This document shows positions 1-12,742 of a stretch of DNA of 64,000 bases, piece after piece. Where the stretch lies: the NCBI RefSeq assembly GCF_009834535.1, contig NC_045697.1, forward strand, positions 116,748,001 to 116,812,000. Reading direction: 5' to 3'. The number at the start of each line of letters is the position of its first letter. The stretch's first letter is position 1. The stretch is from Camelus ferus (Eukaryota). The notes beneath the pieces were generated by a model. The model ran no database searches. It was given only the letters and a program-made list of their open reading frames with translations, and was not told the DNA's origin. The position numbers and the translations under genes were made by a program.

Positions 1-789
1 AGTATTCTTCAATTATTTTCTTTGATAAAATTTTCAAGCCAACCACACATAGGCAGCGGTAAGGAGATGGTGTGATTTCACAGATGCTGGCAAAACCTTT
101 AACTTATGCAGGGTTTTCTCTCAGCAATGATGCCGGAAATTCACCCCTTTCTCTCCATGAACAAATCATATCCACATTTCACAACCAGTTCAGATGTTAC
201 CTTCTTACAGACCTTCCGAATCCTTTCCACTGAAAGTGCCTTTCTCTACCATGTCGTGTCTCCATCTACATTCTCAATGATATTGCCCCCAAAGAAGTGA
301 CTACTGGCTTTTGGTTAGGGGAGGGTGAAAAAGTCTTGGATATTACAATGGTTTGTGGTCCTCCAAAACTCAACTGTCCCCCCTCCCAATCTTATTATGA
401 AATATTTAATTTCCTGGAGGAGGAGAAAGCAATTAGGAAAAAAGACGGTGGGAAAAGGTTCCTCAGAGGGGTGATAATGAACAAAAGTTTGAGAAACACT
501 GTTCTACATTGTAAAGTATGTGCATTATTTGTACTTCCTCCCCATCACTATATGTCACTACAGCTTATGTATCTCGAGTGGACTTGAACTATTTGTGTGT
601 GCGTGTGTGTACCACTGTACCCTGTTCACTGTTCACAATAAACAAAGTCTATTAGCTCTCTTGAGGCCGGGTCTACAGCTTATTCATGGATGTATTTCCC
701 ATGTGTAGTGTATTTTCCATGTGAGCTAAAAAATCCCCTCATTTTTATATTAGATACAAAATTAAAATAAAGTTCTTTACTGTTTACAA

Positions 790-1085
790 AAGAATCTACT
801 AAAGAAAAACTAAAGAAAGGTTGAAAAAAAAGAGATGTTAAACAAAAAACCCAAGATTAACCAAAAGTGCCTGGTGCAGTGATACTAAACATCAGGCAAA
901 ATAGATTTTAAAGTAGAATTAACAAAACTTAATCTAAGTGAAGAGGGGTGCTATACAATAATAAACATGATATAGTTGTGTATATACCTACCAACTTAAC
1001 CTTAAAATACATAAAGCAAAAATTAACCTAATTACAAAAAGAAATTAATAAATCTACAACTATAGTGTAGGATAAAAAAACTCAT
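790..1085 (+). mobile_element. Old L1 ORF2 (endonuclease region) fragment
   Basis: A-rich; aaaatagatttta and aaatacataaagcaaaaatta...acaaaaagaaattaataaatctacaactatagt. Confidence 0.65.
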
Positions 1086-1259
1086 TATTGACTTTAATTT
1101 CCACTCACACACTGTGTCTTATAATCCTCCATGTCTGGCTAGTCCCCCTTCCCCTGCGCCGTCGCCTGAATAAATGGTTATAAGAAGGATTGGGGAAATC
1201 ATTACCATATATCTTTGCTGTGAGGCTGCGGGGTCCTAGCTCACTGGGTTTTTCCTTTC

Positions 1260-1393
1260 CTTCAGTCAATGAGTTCCAGATGTGAAAACTGGCTCAAGTG
1301 CTGAAACAGGGCCGTGGATCTGATTTTTAATTGTAGGGGCTGCCCGCCTTGGCTTCCCAATCATTCATCCTTGATTTTGATTGTATAAATCTG
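1260..1393 (+). pseudogene. Pseudo-coding fragment, C-terminal part of the PXA domain
   Basis: LQSM/VPDVKTGSSAETGPWI*FLIVGAARLGFPIIH/LDFDCINL (2 frameshifts, 1 stop) versus recalled SNX19 LQGLVPKPHLETRTGRHVVVELITCNVILPLISRLSDPDWIHL. Confidence 0.6.
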
Positions 1394-2029
1394 TGTCATC
1401 CAATACAGTCACTCCATATGGCTTTTCAATTTTAAAAAAGTAGAAAAAAGTTACACCAGCCACACTTCCAGGATTGCTCATTTTCAGAGTCTCTCCACTA
1501 AATCACTGGCAAAAAGTAAACCCTTGAGCTTGCAAAGCTATGGGATTTCTCCGTTTGCTTTCAACTAAACTCACAACTTTCATACGGCAAAGAAAGCATT
1601 TCTTCCCTCTGCCCCCAAATTGAGTCTGCCCTCTGGCAGCAAAACTGCTGGTCATTAATCACCAAGCTTGGGGAAGGAGGGGGCTGTCCCAGGCAAGAGT
1701 CTCTGGCCACAGACTCCCCACTGTCCCAGCAGTTTGTCAAGAAGAAATGCCTTTCAATTTGTTGTTTGCCTTTGGCAATTTCTAATGCCCTAGATTAGTG
1801 CTTTTTGACCCCCCCTCCTACTTTTATATTATTCTTTGGGGAGAGAAATCACTGATCTCTTCACACACTCCCAATCAGAAGTTCCCCCAAGGACATGTTT
1901 TTCAGTTAGTATGGCCATTAACATAGAGTTAATTTCTCAGGCGGATAATGCCATTGATACAAGTGCCTATTACATAGATGAAATAAAATCATACCACTTA
2001 TCTGGCAAAACCTTTTAGAAAAGTACCTC

Positions 2030-2521
2030 CTTATCTTTCTCAGATTAGAAGTCCATGTTGTCTCACTGGTCTACAAGGTTCCACGTCATCAACACCACCA
2101 CCCACCCCATTTCTCTCTGACCGCATTTCCTAGGACCATGCTGATTGCTTCCCCTGTTCCAGGCACACTAGCCTCCTTGCCGGTTCTCTGGGTGCCAATA
2201 ACACCCCTCTCACGGTCTTTTCACTTGCTGCCCCTCTGCCTGGAGGGTTCTTCCCCAAGGCATCCACGTGGCTGACCCTCCCACTTCTCATCAGTGAGCC
2301 TTCCTGACCAGGACACAGTAGATCCACACCCCCTTGTCTAGCACACCCTTGCTTTGTCTCCCCACAGCACTTGTAACATCTGACAAAGTAGATATTCCTG
2401 TACCATCTACCCCAATCTGACAGCTTCTCAAGGGAACTTTAACTCCTGCTGTATCCTGATACCCAAAAGATGCCTGGTACAGCCCAGATTTTCAGTACAT
2501 ATTTACTGAATTAATTGAATG
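2030..2521 (+). mobile_element. L2 3' fragment
   Basis: cacttgctgcccctctgcctgga... ending gcctggtacag...tatttactgaattaattgaatg. Confidence 0.65.
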
Positions 2522-2984
2522 CACGGCTACACCCTGGACTCAGCAAGGTGAAGAGAATACACCAGAACTGCAAGACAGCTGTAAAGAAGATCAGATTGAA
2601 TACCTTCTCCTCTCTCATCACCCCTCCACAGGTAAAAATGCTTTAATGGGGACACTGGTTACACTTGTAGGATTTCTCCCTTTTGTTTCTCACCAACCAC
2701 TACAAATGTGGTTGGTCATGTGACCGAATTAGGCGGAAGTGAGCTTGGAAAGTGCAGTGAAAGCTTTTGTCATGACGTAAACCTCAGGAAAATCTTCTGC
2801 ATGTGCCTTGAACTTGAGACATGTCATTGTTTACTGTCATGTGCTACGAAGTCAGTAAAAAGTCCCAAGTTTCTACAGTTCATAGCTGCCCCTGCTTAAT
2901 TACCTGAAGGTCCCAGTGAGGCCATGGGTCCTGAGGGGAAGCCTTTGATGATGATGATGTAATAATGAGGATGATTATGATGTT

Positions 2985-3175
2985 AATAATAATAACTAAC
3001 ATTTATTTGAAATTGCTCAGTGCCAGGCACTGTTAGAAGCATTTTACATGCATTATCTTATTTGATCCTTCTAACAACTCTATGGCACAGGTGCTGTTAT
3101 TTTTTATTAATAATAATTATGATGATGATGCCCATTTTCCTGATGAGGAAACTGAAGTCCAGAGAAGCGATTTCT
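2985..3175 (-). mobile_element. MIR SINE
   Basis: Reverse MIR core cccattttcctgatgaggaaactgaagtccagag, plus tgccaggcactgtt. Confidence 0.8.
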
Positions 3176-3349
3176 TGGGTACCAGAGCAGGAAAGTTAAG
3201 GACCGAAATGAGTGGCACAAGAGTTGAGCACTACTGGACAGAGATGGAACAATATCACTGTTTCCTCTGTCCCTACCCCAGGAAAACTTGCAGATTGTTA
3301 TATTAAAGCCATGCAGCTGTGGCCCCGAGCCTAAGAGGATCCCTCTAGA

Positions 3350-3497
3350 CCGGTGGTTCTTTGCCTCCCAGGGGATGTCTGGAGATATTTTTGATTGTCA
3401 TAAAGAGGGTGGGAGAGGGTGTCTCTACTGGCATCTAGTAGGCAGAGGCCAGGGATGCAGCTAAACATCCTACAGGGCATAGGACAACCCCTCGCCC
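3350..3497. mobile_element. MER20-like hAT-Charlie element
   Basis: ctactggcatctagtaggcagaggccagggatgcagctaaacatcctaca. Confidence 0.8.
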
Positions 3498-3499
3498 CT

Positions 3500-4826
3500 A
3501 GCCTGTGGTCTTTTCTTTTCTGCTTAGAAGGTTCCTTTAACATTTATTGTAAGGTTGGTTTAGTGGTGCTGAAGTCTTTTAGGTTTTGCATGTCTGTAAA
3601 ACTCTGTCTCCTTCAAATCTGAATGAGAGCCTTGTGGAGTACAGTAATCTTGGTTTTAGGTTTTTTCCTTTCATCACTCTAAATATATCATGCCAGTCCC
3701 GTCTGACTGCAGAGTTCCCATGGAAAAGTCAGCTGACAGCCTTATGGGAGTTCCCTTGCACATAATTAATAGATTTTCTCTTGCTTCTTTTAAGCTTCTC
3801 TCTTTATTTTTTGCCATTTTAATTATGATATGTCTTGGTGTGGACAAACTTTTGAGTTTGTCTTGATCAGGATTCTCTGTGTTTCCTGGACCTGGATGTC
3901 TGTTTCCTTTACCAGGTTAGGGAAGTTTTCAGCTATTATTGCCTCAGATAAGTTTTCTGCCCTTCCTCTCCCCTGGACTCTTATCATGTGAATGATAGTC
4001 CACTTGATGTTACCCCAGAAGGCAATTAAACTGTCCTCATTTTTTAAATTTCTCTTTTCTTTTTTCTGCTCAGCATCAGTGATTTCCACTCCTCTATTTT
4101 CCAGTTCACTGTTCCTTTCTTCTGTATTATCTAATCCACTCCGGACTCCTAGTGTGTTTTTAAATTTCAGTTATTGTGCTGCTCAGCTCTATTTGGGTCT
4201 TCTTTCTACTTTTTAACTCTCTGTTAAACCTCTCACTCTGTTCATTTATTCCTTTCCTGAGTTTATGATGATTATTTTGAACTCCCTACTGTGTATATTT
4301 CTTATCTCCACTTCACTTAGTTCTTCTTCTGGGGTTTTATCTTCTTCCTTCATTTGGAACAGTCTTTGTCACCTAAGTGCAAATTCTCTGTGTTTATTTC
4401 TATGCATTAGGTGGATTGGTTATGATTACTGATCTTGGAGGAATGACCTTAAGTAGGGGACATCCTATGGGAGCCAGCATCACACTCCCTTCTGGTCACC
4501 AGAGCTATAAAATCTAAGGCTGCCCTCGATGTGGGCTGAGTGGGCCCTTCTATCCTGTTATGGTGGTTGGACTACTGTGGGTGTGCTGGTGGGGGTGCTG
4601 GTCCCCAGCCCAGTTGGCTGCCAGGTCTGCCTTGTGTGGTGGCTGCTGTGTTGCTGGTGGGTACTGCTGGGTCCTGGTGTGGCTGGTTACAAGGACTGGG
4701 GACTCATGGGTCTGGTTTTTGCCCACTTGTAGGTGGGCATAGACCCCATGGCACAGCTGCCTGTGGGCCAGGGGGGTCCCAGGGAAGCTGGCTGCATGAT
4801 CTAGGGGGTCCTATGGCTGGTGCTGC
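3500..4826 (-). mobile_element. L1 5' region / ORF1 fragment
   Basis: Minus-strand ORF 3823-4089 contains IIAENFPNLVKETDIQVQETQR, typical of L1 ORF1p. Confidence 0.85.
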
Positions 4827-4827
4827 C

Positions 4828-4906
4828 ATCATAAATCAAAAAACTGAGAAACTTTCCACAAGTTTTAACAGGGGAGACTTTTTTTTTTATTATCTCCATA
4901 TGTCAG
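4828..4906 (+). pseudogene. Pseudo-exon end, PX domain beta1-beta2
   Basis: IINQKTEKLSTSFNR/ETFFFIISICQ then donor gtatac at 4907. Recalled SNX19 reads ITGTITAREHSGTGFHPYTLYTVK, with an intron at the equivalent position. Confidence 0.6.
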
Positions 4907-4968
4907 GTATACATTTTAATTTTCTTCCTATTATTTGGTGTTTCTCTCCTTTCTATCTATTTTACTAG

Positions 4969-5073
4969 ACTCAGCCAAACATTGGATATACTGAAAACGA
5001 AAGCAGAGAAGTAGCAACAAAAACCTTTGTAATAAAAGAGGCATGAAGACATGTTCCATTATTGGAGTAGGCG
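4969..5073 (+). pseudogene. Pseudo-exon, PX domain beta3 and RR motif
   Basis: Pyrimidine tract plus tag acceptor. Reads TQPNIGYTENESREVATKTFVIK/RHEDMFHYW versus SNX19 YETALDGENSSGLQQLAYHTVNRRYREF. Confidence 0.6.
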
Positions 5074-5074
5074 T

Positions 5075-5176
5075 TGCATTAGTCTCTTTATACTGGTGTA
5101 ACAAAATTTTTTAGACTGCTGACTTGAACAGCAAGCATTTATGTTTCGCAGTTTTGCAGGCTGGGGATCCTAAGAT
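5075..5176 (-). mobile_element. MLT1 (MaLR) LTR fragment
   Basis: tgcattagtct...gtaacaaaa...agcatttat...cagtttt..aggctgggga.cc.aagat. Confidence 0.6.
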
Positions 5177-5179
5177 ATT

Positions 5180-5452
5180 TGGGGATTTGATGGTATGAAT
5201 CTGACTCACGAGAGTATGTGGATTTCTTACCAGTTACAGAAGAGCTATAGAAAAAAAAATATAAAATTACTAGTTTTTTTTAAAAGGGATGAAAGCAGAG
5301 TGATTTATTTAAAATGTACCTCATTGTCATTAGTTAAGTGAAACATCAGAACACCAAAATCGAAACAATATTTTGGATTTTTAAATTTTTAGATAATCCA
5401 GCATTTTTTTCCATTCAGTTCCTTCAATTTAAACCTCTTTTCAAAAAGGAAT
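5180..5452 (+). pseudogene. Pseudo-exon fragments, PX domain C-terminal helices
   Basis: AIEKK/IKLLVFFK resembles RVEARKSLLESFLK. LSETSEHQNRNNILDF (from 5334) resembles LCAIPEIANSEEVQEF. Donor gtatgc at 5453. Confidence 0.6.
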
Positions 5453-5948
5453 GTATGCTCATGATTCGTAATGAAGATTTAGACCTATGAGAGGATTTGC
5501 CTTGGCTTGACCCTCTCTGCCCTTCAGTCCTGGTGTCCTTAGGGGACCATTTCCAACATCCTTAGCTATTTCCTCCAGTGTTTATTTCCATGTTTCTCAA
5601 TGATATGTGCTTACAGTTATTTTTATTGATCAGTCTGAGACCTTCTCTCTGACTTCCTGTTTTGGTGGATGAGAATTCAGCTGGGTGAGTGCACCTTCCC
5701 CTTTCCTCCTGATGTAGTTATGACAACATATCTTTCATTCTAGTTCTCACTATGCAGTTGTGTAACTGCCCGCTTCTCAGGGTCCCAGCTGTTGGGGGCA
5801 TGGGTCCAGGGTTGACTTAAGTATGTGTCTCTCAGGAATCCAAAAACAAGCCCCCTTTTCAATGCTCCCAGGGATCTTTAGGAGACAAGCAGCTTTTTCT
5901 CATAAAAGCTTTTAAAAAAAAGTTTCAATGAACTCCTTTTTATTACAG

Positions 5949-6277
5949 GATAGAACTATTAAACCATTTCTTAAAAGATATTCTCAAGCGTTCATTTTTG
6001 GACATACCCCCGTTCTGAAGGAGGCCACCTTCTATGCCTCAAACGTGATTTACTGTTCCAGGGATCTGCCTCCAATTATTCCAAGATACTCACCATCCCC
6101 TCTGAATTGGAGCCGCCTCCCGTGATTCCCAGGGGATATCAGACACACGTCCAGCCAGAGAAGAGAAAGAGGCAGAAATAGAAGGCCAGGTTTCATCTGT
6201 AGCGGGGCATCCCACCACCACAGCAGATGACCTTCCTGGGTGATTATGAAGAAAGAACCCTTCACTTAGAGCTATAG
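5949..6277 (+). pseudogene. Pseudo-exon following the PX domain
   Basis: Acceptor tttttattacag. IELLNHFLKDILKRSFLDIPP resembles SNX19 IDKMVVSAIVDTLKTAFPRSEP, followed by an acidic linker with stops. Possible donor gttggt at 6278. Confidence 0.55.
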
Positions 6278-7082
6278 GTTGGTCTTAAAACTGGTTTGCT
6301 TTAAAGAAATGCCTCTAGACACTTTCCACACAGGCACAGAGAAGGGCAGGGCTGAGCAACAGTTAAGGTGATCAAACAAAACAACCAAAAATTCAATGTG
6401 TTCAGCATTCAGAAATGTGAATATTTTAAATTAGAATCTCTCTCTCTTCTCTGATAAGCTTGATTTTTTTTTCCCTCTGCTTGGACTAGAGCTGCCTCCT
6501 CCTCTTCTCTTCTGGAACATTTTCTTCTTCAACAATATAAAGCTATGTGTCATGCTCTAGATATGTGGCCCCAGGCTTTCCTGGAGGGGATAGCCAGTTG
6601 CACTGAGGGACCCTATGGCGTGGCCACCTCGACCTGGAGGGAGACCTGTGGGCTTTTGACTTGACTGTTTCTGGCTGACTCTCTCCCCCGTGGCATAGCC
6701 AGTTCAGATTTTAGTAGATTAATTTTCACCTTTACAAGTCTGGAACTTGGATTAATGAGAATAAAGCTAACTCTCCCTTTGATGGCAAAGCACACACATG
6801 CCTCTTCTGCAAGGTGTGTGAGAACCTGGGAGCATCACACACCCTTGCTGTTGTCCTGATGTCTCCTCCCTGCCTTTGGTGTCTGTGTTCAGCCTCCTCA
6901 GTGCACCCCTCCTGGACGTCTGCGTGGTGATGTCTCTAGGCGGAGTTAATGGCTCCATTTTTCTGGGTTTTGTTTTCATAACATTTTGTGCATATCTCTG
7001 TAATGGTTCTTTTTAACACCACCCAGTAATTTATCTTCTTATTTTCTGATTCCTCTATCCACTTGAGGAAAAGGCCCATTTA

Positions 7083-7976
7083 TTTATCTTTTTCCAGAAT
7101 AATTTTCTTTTATTGAACTGTAGTTGATTTACAAGATTATATTGGTTTCAGGTGCACAACCTAGTGATTCAATATTTTCATAGAATATACTCCATTTAAA
7201 GTTGTTTGAAAGTTGTAGCTGTATTCTCTGTGCTGTAAAACGTGTTCTTCTTGCTTATTTATTTTATACATAGTAGTTTGTGTCTCTCAGTCCCCTACCC
7301 CTGTCTTGCCCCTCCCACTTCCTCCCTCTCCCCACTGGTAACCACAAGTTTGCTCTCTGTATCTGTGAGCCTTTTTCTGTTTTGTTATATACATTTATTT
7401 GTTGTATGTTTTAGATTCCACATATAAGTGTTAACATAGAGTATTTGTCTTTCTCTGTCTGACTTATTTCACTGAGCATAATACTCTCTAGGTCCATCCA
7501 TGTTGCTGCAAATGGCATTATTTTATTTTTTTATGGGTGAGTAGTATTCCATTGTATAAATATACTGCATCTTCTTTATCCAGTCATCTGTTGATGGACA
7601 TTTAGGTTGCTTCCATATCTTGGTTATTGTACACAATGCTGCTATGAACACTGGGGTGCATGTACATTTTCACATTAGTGTTTTTGTTATCTTTGATAAA
7701 TATCCAGGAGCAGAATTGCCGGATCATATGGTCATCCTATTTTTAGTTTCTTGAGGAACCTCCATACTGTTTTCCATAGCGGCTGCACCAATTTACATTC
7801 CTACCAGCGTGTGCAAGGGCCCCCTTTTCTCCCCATTCTCACTAACATTTGTTATTTGGAGACTTTTTGATGACAGCCGTCCTGACAGGTGTGAGCTGAT
7901 ACTTCACTGTGGTTTTGATTTGCATTTCTCTGATGATTAATGATGTTGAGCATCTTTTCATGTGCCTGCTGGCCAC
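7083..7976 (-). mobile_element. 5'-truncated L1 (3' UTR plus ORF2 end) with TSD
   Basis: Typical L1 3' end; aaaggcccattt flanks both sides (~7070 and ~7978). Confidence 0.9.
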
Positions 7977-8702
7977 GAAAGGCCCATTTCTTAAGTACCT
8001 TTGTGTTCATGGTACTTAACTCAGTGCCTGAGTCAAAACAGAGGCTAAAGTGCTTATTAAAGAGATGAAGAAATTGATTCCAAGATGGCGCCCTGGGAAC
8101 ATTCTATAGTTTATCCTATTCCTTCTAGAGAATATAATGCCTAGCCTATATTTCACCTCAGGGGAGAGTAACTGTCTGACCCAAAATAGCCGTAGACTAC
8201 CAGAGAACTCAACCAGAACTGTTCAGGTGTGTTTTTGAGAAATATTGTTCTTCCAGGGACCAAAGGTCTTTCCTCTGTGAGTGACACTGAGAGAACAGAG
8301 TAACTGTCTTGGTGTCTGCCCCTCATCCACACTGGGCTGCATAAGAGAAACATCCCTTTCTTCATTTTGCCAATGACATTCATTCCAAATTTGTCCTTGG
8401 CAACTAACTGATTGACACCTTTTTTTGAAGAAAGAGCAAAATGAAACATTTTGACAGATAAGGCATGTTATAATTAAAAAAAAAAAAAGAGGCTTTTTTC
8501 CAAATAGCCTCTAAAATTTGGAGGATTATATCATCCATCCAGCATCAAAATTGTGATTAGAGGGAAAGCATTGATTTGTAAATTTGTGTAAATAAGACTG
8601 CAAGTAGAAACTGGAAACTGGGGCACCTTGTACATCCTGTGCATCTGAATGACTAGTTTTTAGATTCTTTGCAACTAATATTTATCTCATTGTTTAACCA
8701 TT

Positions 8703-9108
8703 TGTATTAGTTTCCTTGGGCTACTCTCTAACAAATTACCATGAATTTGGTGGCTTAAAACAATGTGAATGTATTCTCTCACAGTTCCCTTCTGCGTCTC
8801 TCCTGGATTCTGGAAGCTGCTGGCAATCCTTGATATCTCTCGGCCTGTAGACTCACCACACCCATCTCTGTTCTATCTTTCCCTCACTTTCTCTGTGGGT
8901 CTGTGTCTCAAATCTGCCTCTCCTTTTTCTTATAAGGATACCAGTCATTGACTTTACTGCCTGCTCTAAATCCGGCATGATATCATCTCAAGATCCTTAA
9001 CTTCATCAAAGTTGCAAAGACCCTGTTTCCAAATAAGGTCACATTCACAGATACCAGAATTAGGATTTGAGCATATTTTTGGGGAAGATACAATTCCATC
9101 CATTCCAC
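8703..9108 (-). mobile_element. MLT1 (MaLR) solo LTR
   Basis: tgtattagtttcc...tggcttaaaacaa...tcttataaggataccagtcattg...tttccaaataaggtcacattc. Confidence 0.85.
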
Positions 9109-9548
9109 CAGCTATGGCTTTTAAAAATGTCTGCATTATATAAAAGCCCCACTAGATTTTGTATATATTAAGGATATGATTACAGAAGCAAAGTAAAGTG
9201 AAAAGTTGAGGTACTTGTCTGGAAAATTCTGGGAAAATGGTCAATTTTGATTCATGTGGCTGAACATTTTAGGCCATATGTACTTTGCAAATGTGTGTGA
9301 TGCTTTGGGCAGCTTTACTTAGTCTTAAGAAATATGGAGTTGAGAAAAAGACAAGAATAGCTTGAAAAGGGGGTAAACTTATTATTAGAGACCAGAGAGG
9401 TAAGGCTTTTCAGGCTCAAAAGTATTCCAAAGGTCTGGTGACTTGTGAAAATGACTTGTGATGTTGTAAAATTACGTGACCATGGATGTGTTTTTTTATT
9501 TCTTACAGTCTAGAATTTGTACTTAAATCTGTAACTTTTCAGTTTAAG

Positions 9549-9825
9549 ATATTAACTGGAATGAGTTATTTAGTTCACATTTATTGAATTCTAGTTGTTC
9601 AATTATGAAAAAAATCAGTAAGTGTATTTTCTTCCCCTTACAAGCTTCCATTGGCCAGTGATGTTTACATGATTGAATGAGACTGTGATTGCTTTAGTCT
9701 CAATTCCTTTTAATAATTTACCTGACCTATGATGAATCAGTATAATAAATTTTCATTAGCAATGGAGAATTGTATTTATATTTTCTTAAACATTGCATTC
9801 TATTTGATGATACTTCCTCCATACA
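9549..9825 (+). pseudogene. Two pseudo-exons (9549-9617, 9760-9825), start of the Nexin_C region
   Basis: Both end in gtaagt and join in frame: INWNELFSSHLLNSSCSIMKKITMENCIYIFLNIAFYLMI, resembling SNX19 TELADTALDLLLLLLTEQWKWLCTENMQKFLRLIFGTLV. Confidence 0.5.
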
Positions 9826-10671
9826 GTAAGTGATTTGATGAATTCTTCTAAAATATGCTTTGCTTGGTTAAGGAATTAAAAAAAAAAGCTTTAAACAAAA
9901 TACCCAGTTGAGTTCTTGTGATTAAAAAAAGAATAAAGTGTAATCGTTAGTTAAGGAAATTGTACAATAATGAGTCATTGTTTGAATAATTTGTTTTTTA
10001 TGAAAGTGATGAATAAGAAATCTTTCAAAATATTCAAGACCAAGGCAGTAAAAAAGATCATGTTAGGCAGTTTTGGCCTTTTTTATTAACTAAAACACAT
10101 GGCATATTTACTGCTTTGTAAAGAAATCCTTGGAGCATTTGATATCTTGGGTTTCTTAACTCATCTGGTCAATTTTGGATTAGAAAATATGAGAAAAAAT
10201 AAAATTAGAGAAAGTGGAGTTGGAACAAACGTAGTAGAGAAAGAGAATCATTGTGGTGAGTGTAAACAGTCACCAATAAACGTAAGGGGGTGTGTGTGTG
10301 TGAAATGGATCATTGAATGCACTGTTGGCAAATGGAAAAAGTATAAATATTCTTCCTTTCTACTGTCTAATTTTTTCTCTTCTCCTGTTTTTACCACATT
10401 CTAAAAAGTGTTCATGTTAATTATTAAAAGGAACATTTATGTGATTGGACTGAATTAAAAGTTATATGGTTAAACTGTGTGGTAAGATTCAACTTTAGTA
10501 GAAAAGAGGAAACTCTCTCATTACTCTTAAATATCTAGTTTGGAGGGGGAAGCACTGCATAAAGACAGTCTACCATATTGGGAAAGTTTGGAGCAAGAAA
10601 TATGGAAAATGATATCAGCCTAGCAGGTTTTCTTTACTGCTTGTGGAAAGACGACGTGTAACGTATGTTAC

Positions 10672-11028
10672 ATTGTATATCCTTTCCCCCTTTGTCATAG
10701 ATTAAGGGGCTATAAGTGTATGGGTTTATTTTTGGGTGTTTTTAGGGTTTTCTGTGTATAGTATCATGTCATCTGAAAACAGTAACAGTTTTACTTTTTA
10801 TTTTCCCATTTGGATTCCTTTTATTTCTTTTTCTTCTCTGATTGCTATGTCTAGGACTTCCAAAACTGTGTTGAATATAAGTGGTGAGAATGGACATTCT
10901 CGTCTTCTTCCTGAACTTAGAGGAAAGGCCTTCAGCTTTTCGCTGTCGAATATGTTACCTGTGGGTTTGTCATATATGGCTTATGTTATGTTGAGGTATG
11001 TTTGCTCTATACCCACCTTGTTGAGAGG
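10672..11028 (-). mobile_element. L1 ORF2 fragment with internal deletion
   Basis: ctaggacttccaaaactgtgttgaat...cccaccttgttgagag, similar to the L1 at 50860-51160. Confidence 0.85.
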
Positions 11029-11807
11029 AGACCAATGTCCACCCTTGGTTTTTGGCTCTTCTGCTAGTTTGTCTTCCATCTATCTCGACAGGTACAAAGA
11101 CTATAACTCTCCTAGGACACCCTCAGTGAGAATGGCTTTAGTCACTAAGTGTTAGTTAAAAACAGTTTGATTCCATATAGCGGACACATAGGGATTCATT
11201 CCTTGCTGTGAACAATTTTTGGAATAAGGAAAATGATTAGAATACTCAAGATTGTCCTTCATCAGAACTCAGCGAGGTGGCTCACTCTTTAAGGGCTAAG
11301 TTTTCTCCTTGGTAAAATAATGGACAGTAGACCAGGTAATTCTAGGACTACTTTTATCCCAGAATTCTATGAACAGCTTCCCAGGGTTATGCTATGTTAT
11401 TTTCCATTTTATTAAATGTTGTCTTCCTGAGTATGCTCCCTTTAGGGCCATCAAGTCAAATTTTCCTCGAACTCTGTACCACTAGGTGTGTTTTTATTTT
11501 CTTATGGTTGCCTCTAATTAGTTATTTCTCACCTACAGAAAGGAACCAGGTATCATTAGTGGTTGTAATAAAATATGGTGGTTACTCCAACATGAAACTA
11601 CTGAAAAAATTCAGAAAGATGCTAGAGTAAAAGGCAGAAAAGGAGAGCAGGAGGATGCTCTGGTTTGGTCATGGAGCACTAGCTGTATAGAAAGTTCTGG
11701 TTAGATGAATGGCATTTTCTAACATATTTCAAACTCTTGGGCAATTTTGAAAATGATTCTGTAACCACATAGTGCACAATCAGACTGGAGCATATTTTTC
11801 TTTTTAG

Positions 11808-11970
11808 CAGAAAGTGAAATGTAGGATGTTCAAGGTGGCTGGTGAAATACTGCAATTAGGGGTTATTGAAGCCCTATCTCTTGACAGAAAGCTGAACAGA
11901 CCAAGGAAGACTGAGTTAAAAAATGACCCATGGACCCAATGACTACTTTCTAAGGATCTTTTAGGGGAAA
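11808..11970 (+). pseudogene. Pseudo-exon, Nexin_C middle
   Basis: Strong acceptor (tttttctttttag) and donor (gtaagt). Stops interrupt the frames, and there is only weak likeness to the R-T-x-E-x-K segment. Confidence 0.45.
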
Positions 11971-12253
11971 GTAAGTATGTCCTGAAGCAGAAGACACACA
12001 CAACAAAGCTACAGTGTTCTGTGCAGCTTTTAGGACTGGACTTTCTCGTTTGGGGCTACACCCATTTCCAGTAGACTTTGTCAGATGACTGATCATCAGT
12101 ATTTTTTGTACCTCTTAATAGGGGTGAAGCAGATAGATTACTTTAAAAAAAATTACTTTTTTCTATTTCCAAAATGTTGCGTAGCCTTAGAACCACCCCA
12201 AGTCACTGCATGAAAACACATGACTGTGAAATTAGCCTACACCTGTCTTACAA

Positions 12254-12325
12254 ATTTCTACACATTTCTAAGCTCAGATTCAAAAGGAACTAAGCCAGGA
12301 CTCAAATAAACAAGGCATGACTGAG
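12254..12325 (+). pseudogene. Pseudo-exon, Nexin_C
   Basis: F*AQIQKELSQDSNKQGMTE followed by GAG|gtaagt, resembling recalled SNX13 MPDELKHIIGAETTRKGILR. The acceptor appears decayed (tcttacaa). Confidence 0.5.
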
Positions 12326-12411
12326 GTAAGTACAATGGTGGTTCCTCTGAGACCTAGAAGATGAGTTCCCTCAAAAGCCTTCTGGGAAGAGTTGAAGACT
12401 CAAGGTATAAC

Positions 12412-12742
12412 AAACACAAATCAAAACTACAATGAAGTATTACCTCACACTGGTCAACATGGCCATCATTAAAAAGTCCACAAGAGTGGGCGGGGAGAAA
12501 AGGGAACCCTCCTACACTGCTGGTGGGAATATAATTTGGTGTAACCACTATGGAGAACAGTATGGAGAGTCCTTAAAAAACTAAAAATAGACTTACCATA
12601 TGATCTAGCAATCCCACTCCTGGGCACATATCTGGAGAAAACTCTGATTCAAAAAGATACATGCACCCGTGTTCATAGCAGCACTGTATACAATAACCAA
12701 GACATGGAAGCAACCTAAATGTCCTTCGACAGGTGAGTAAAG
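12412..12742 (+). mobile_element. L1 ORF2 3' fragment
   Basis: aaagggaaccctcctacactgctggtgggaa...agcaatcccactcctgggc. Confidence 0.85.

Noticed and set aside
9549..9617. SEA-domain resemblance of INWNELFSSHLLNSS
   Set aside because: An isolated motif; the neighbouring fragments fit the sorting-nexin order much better.
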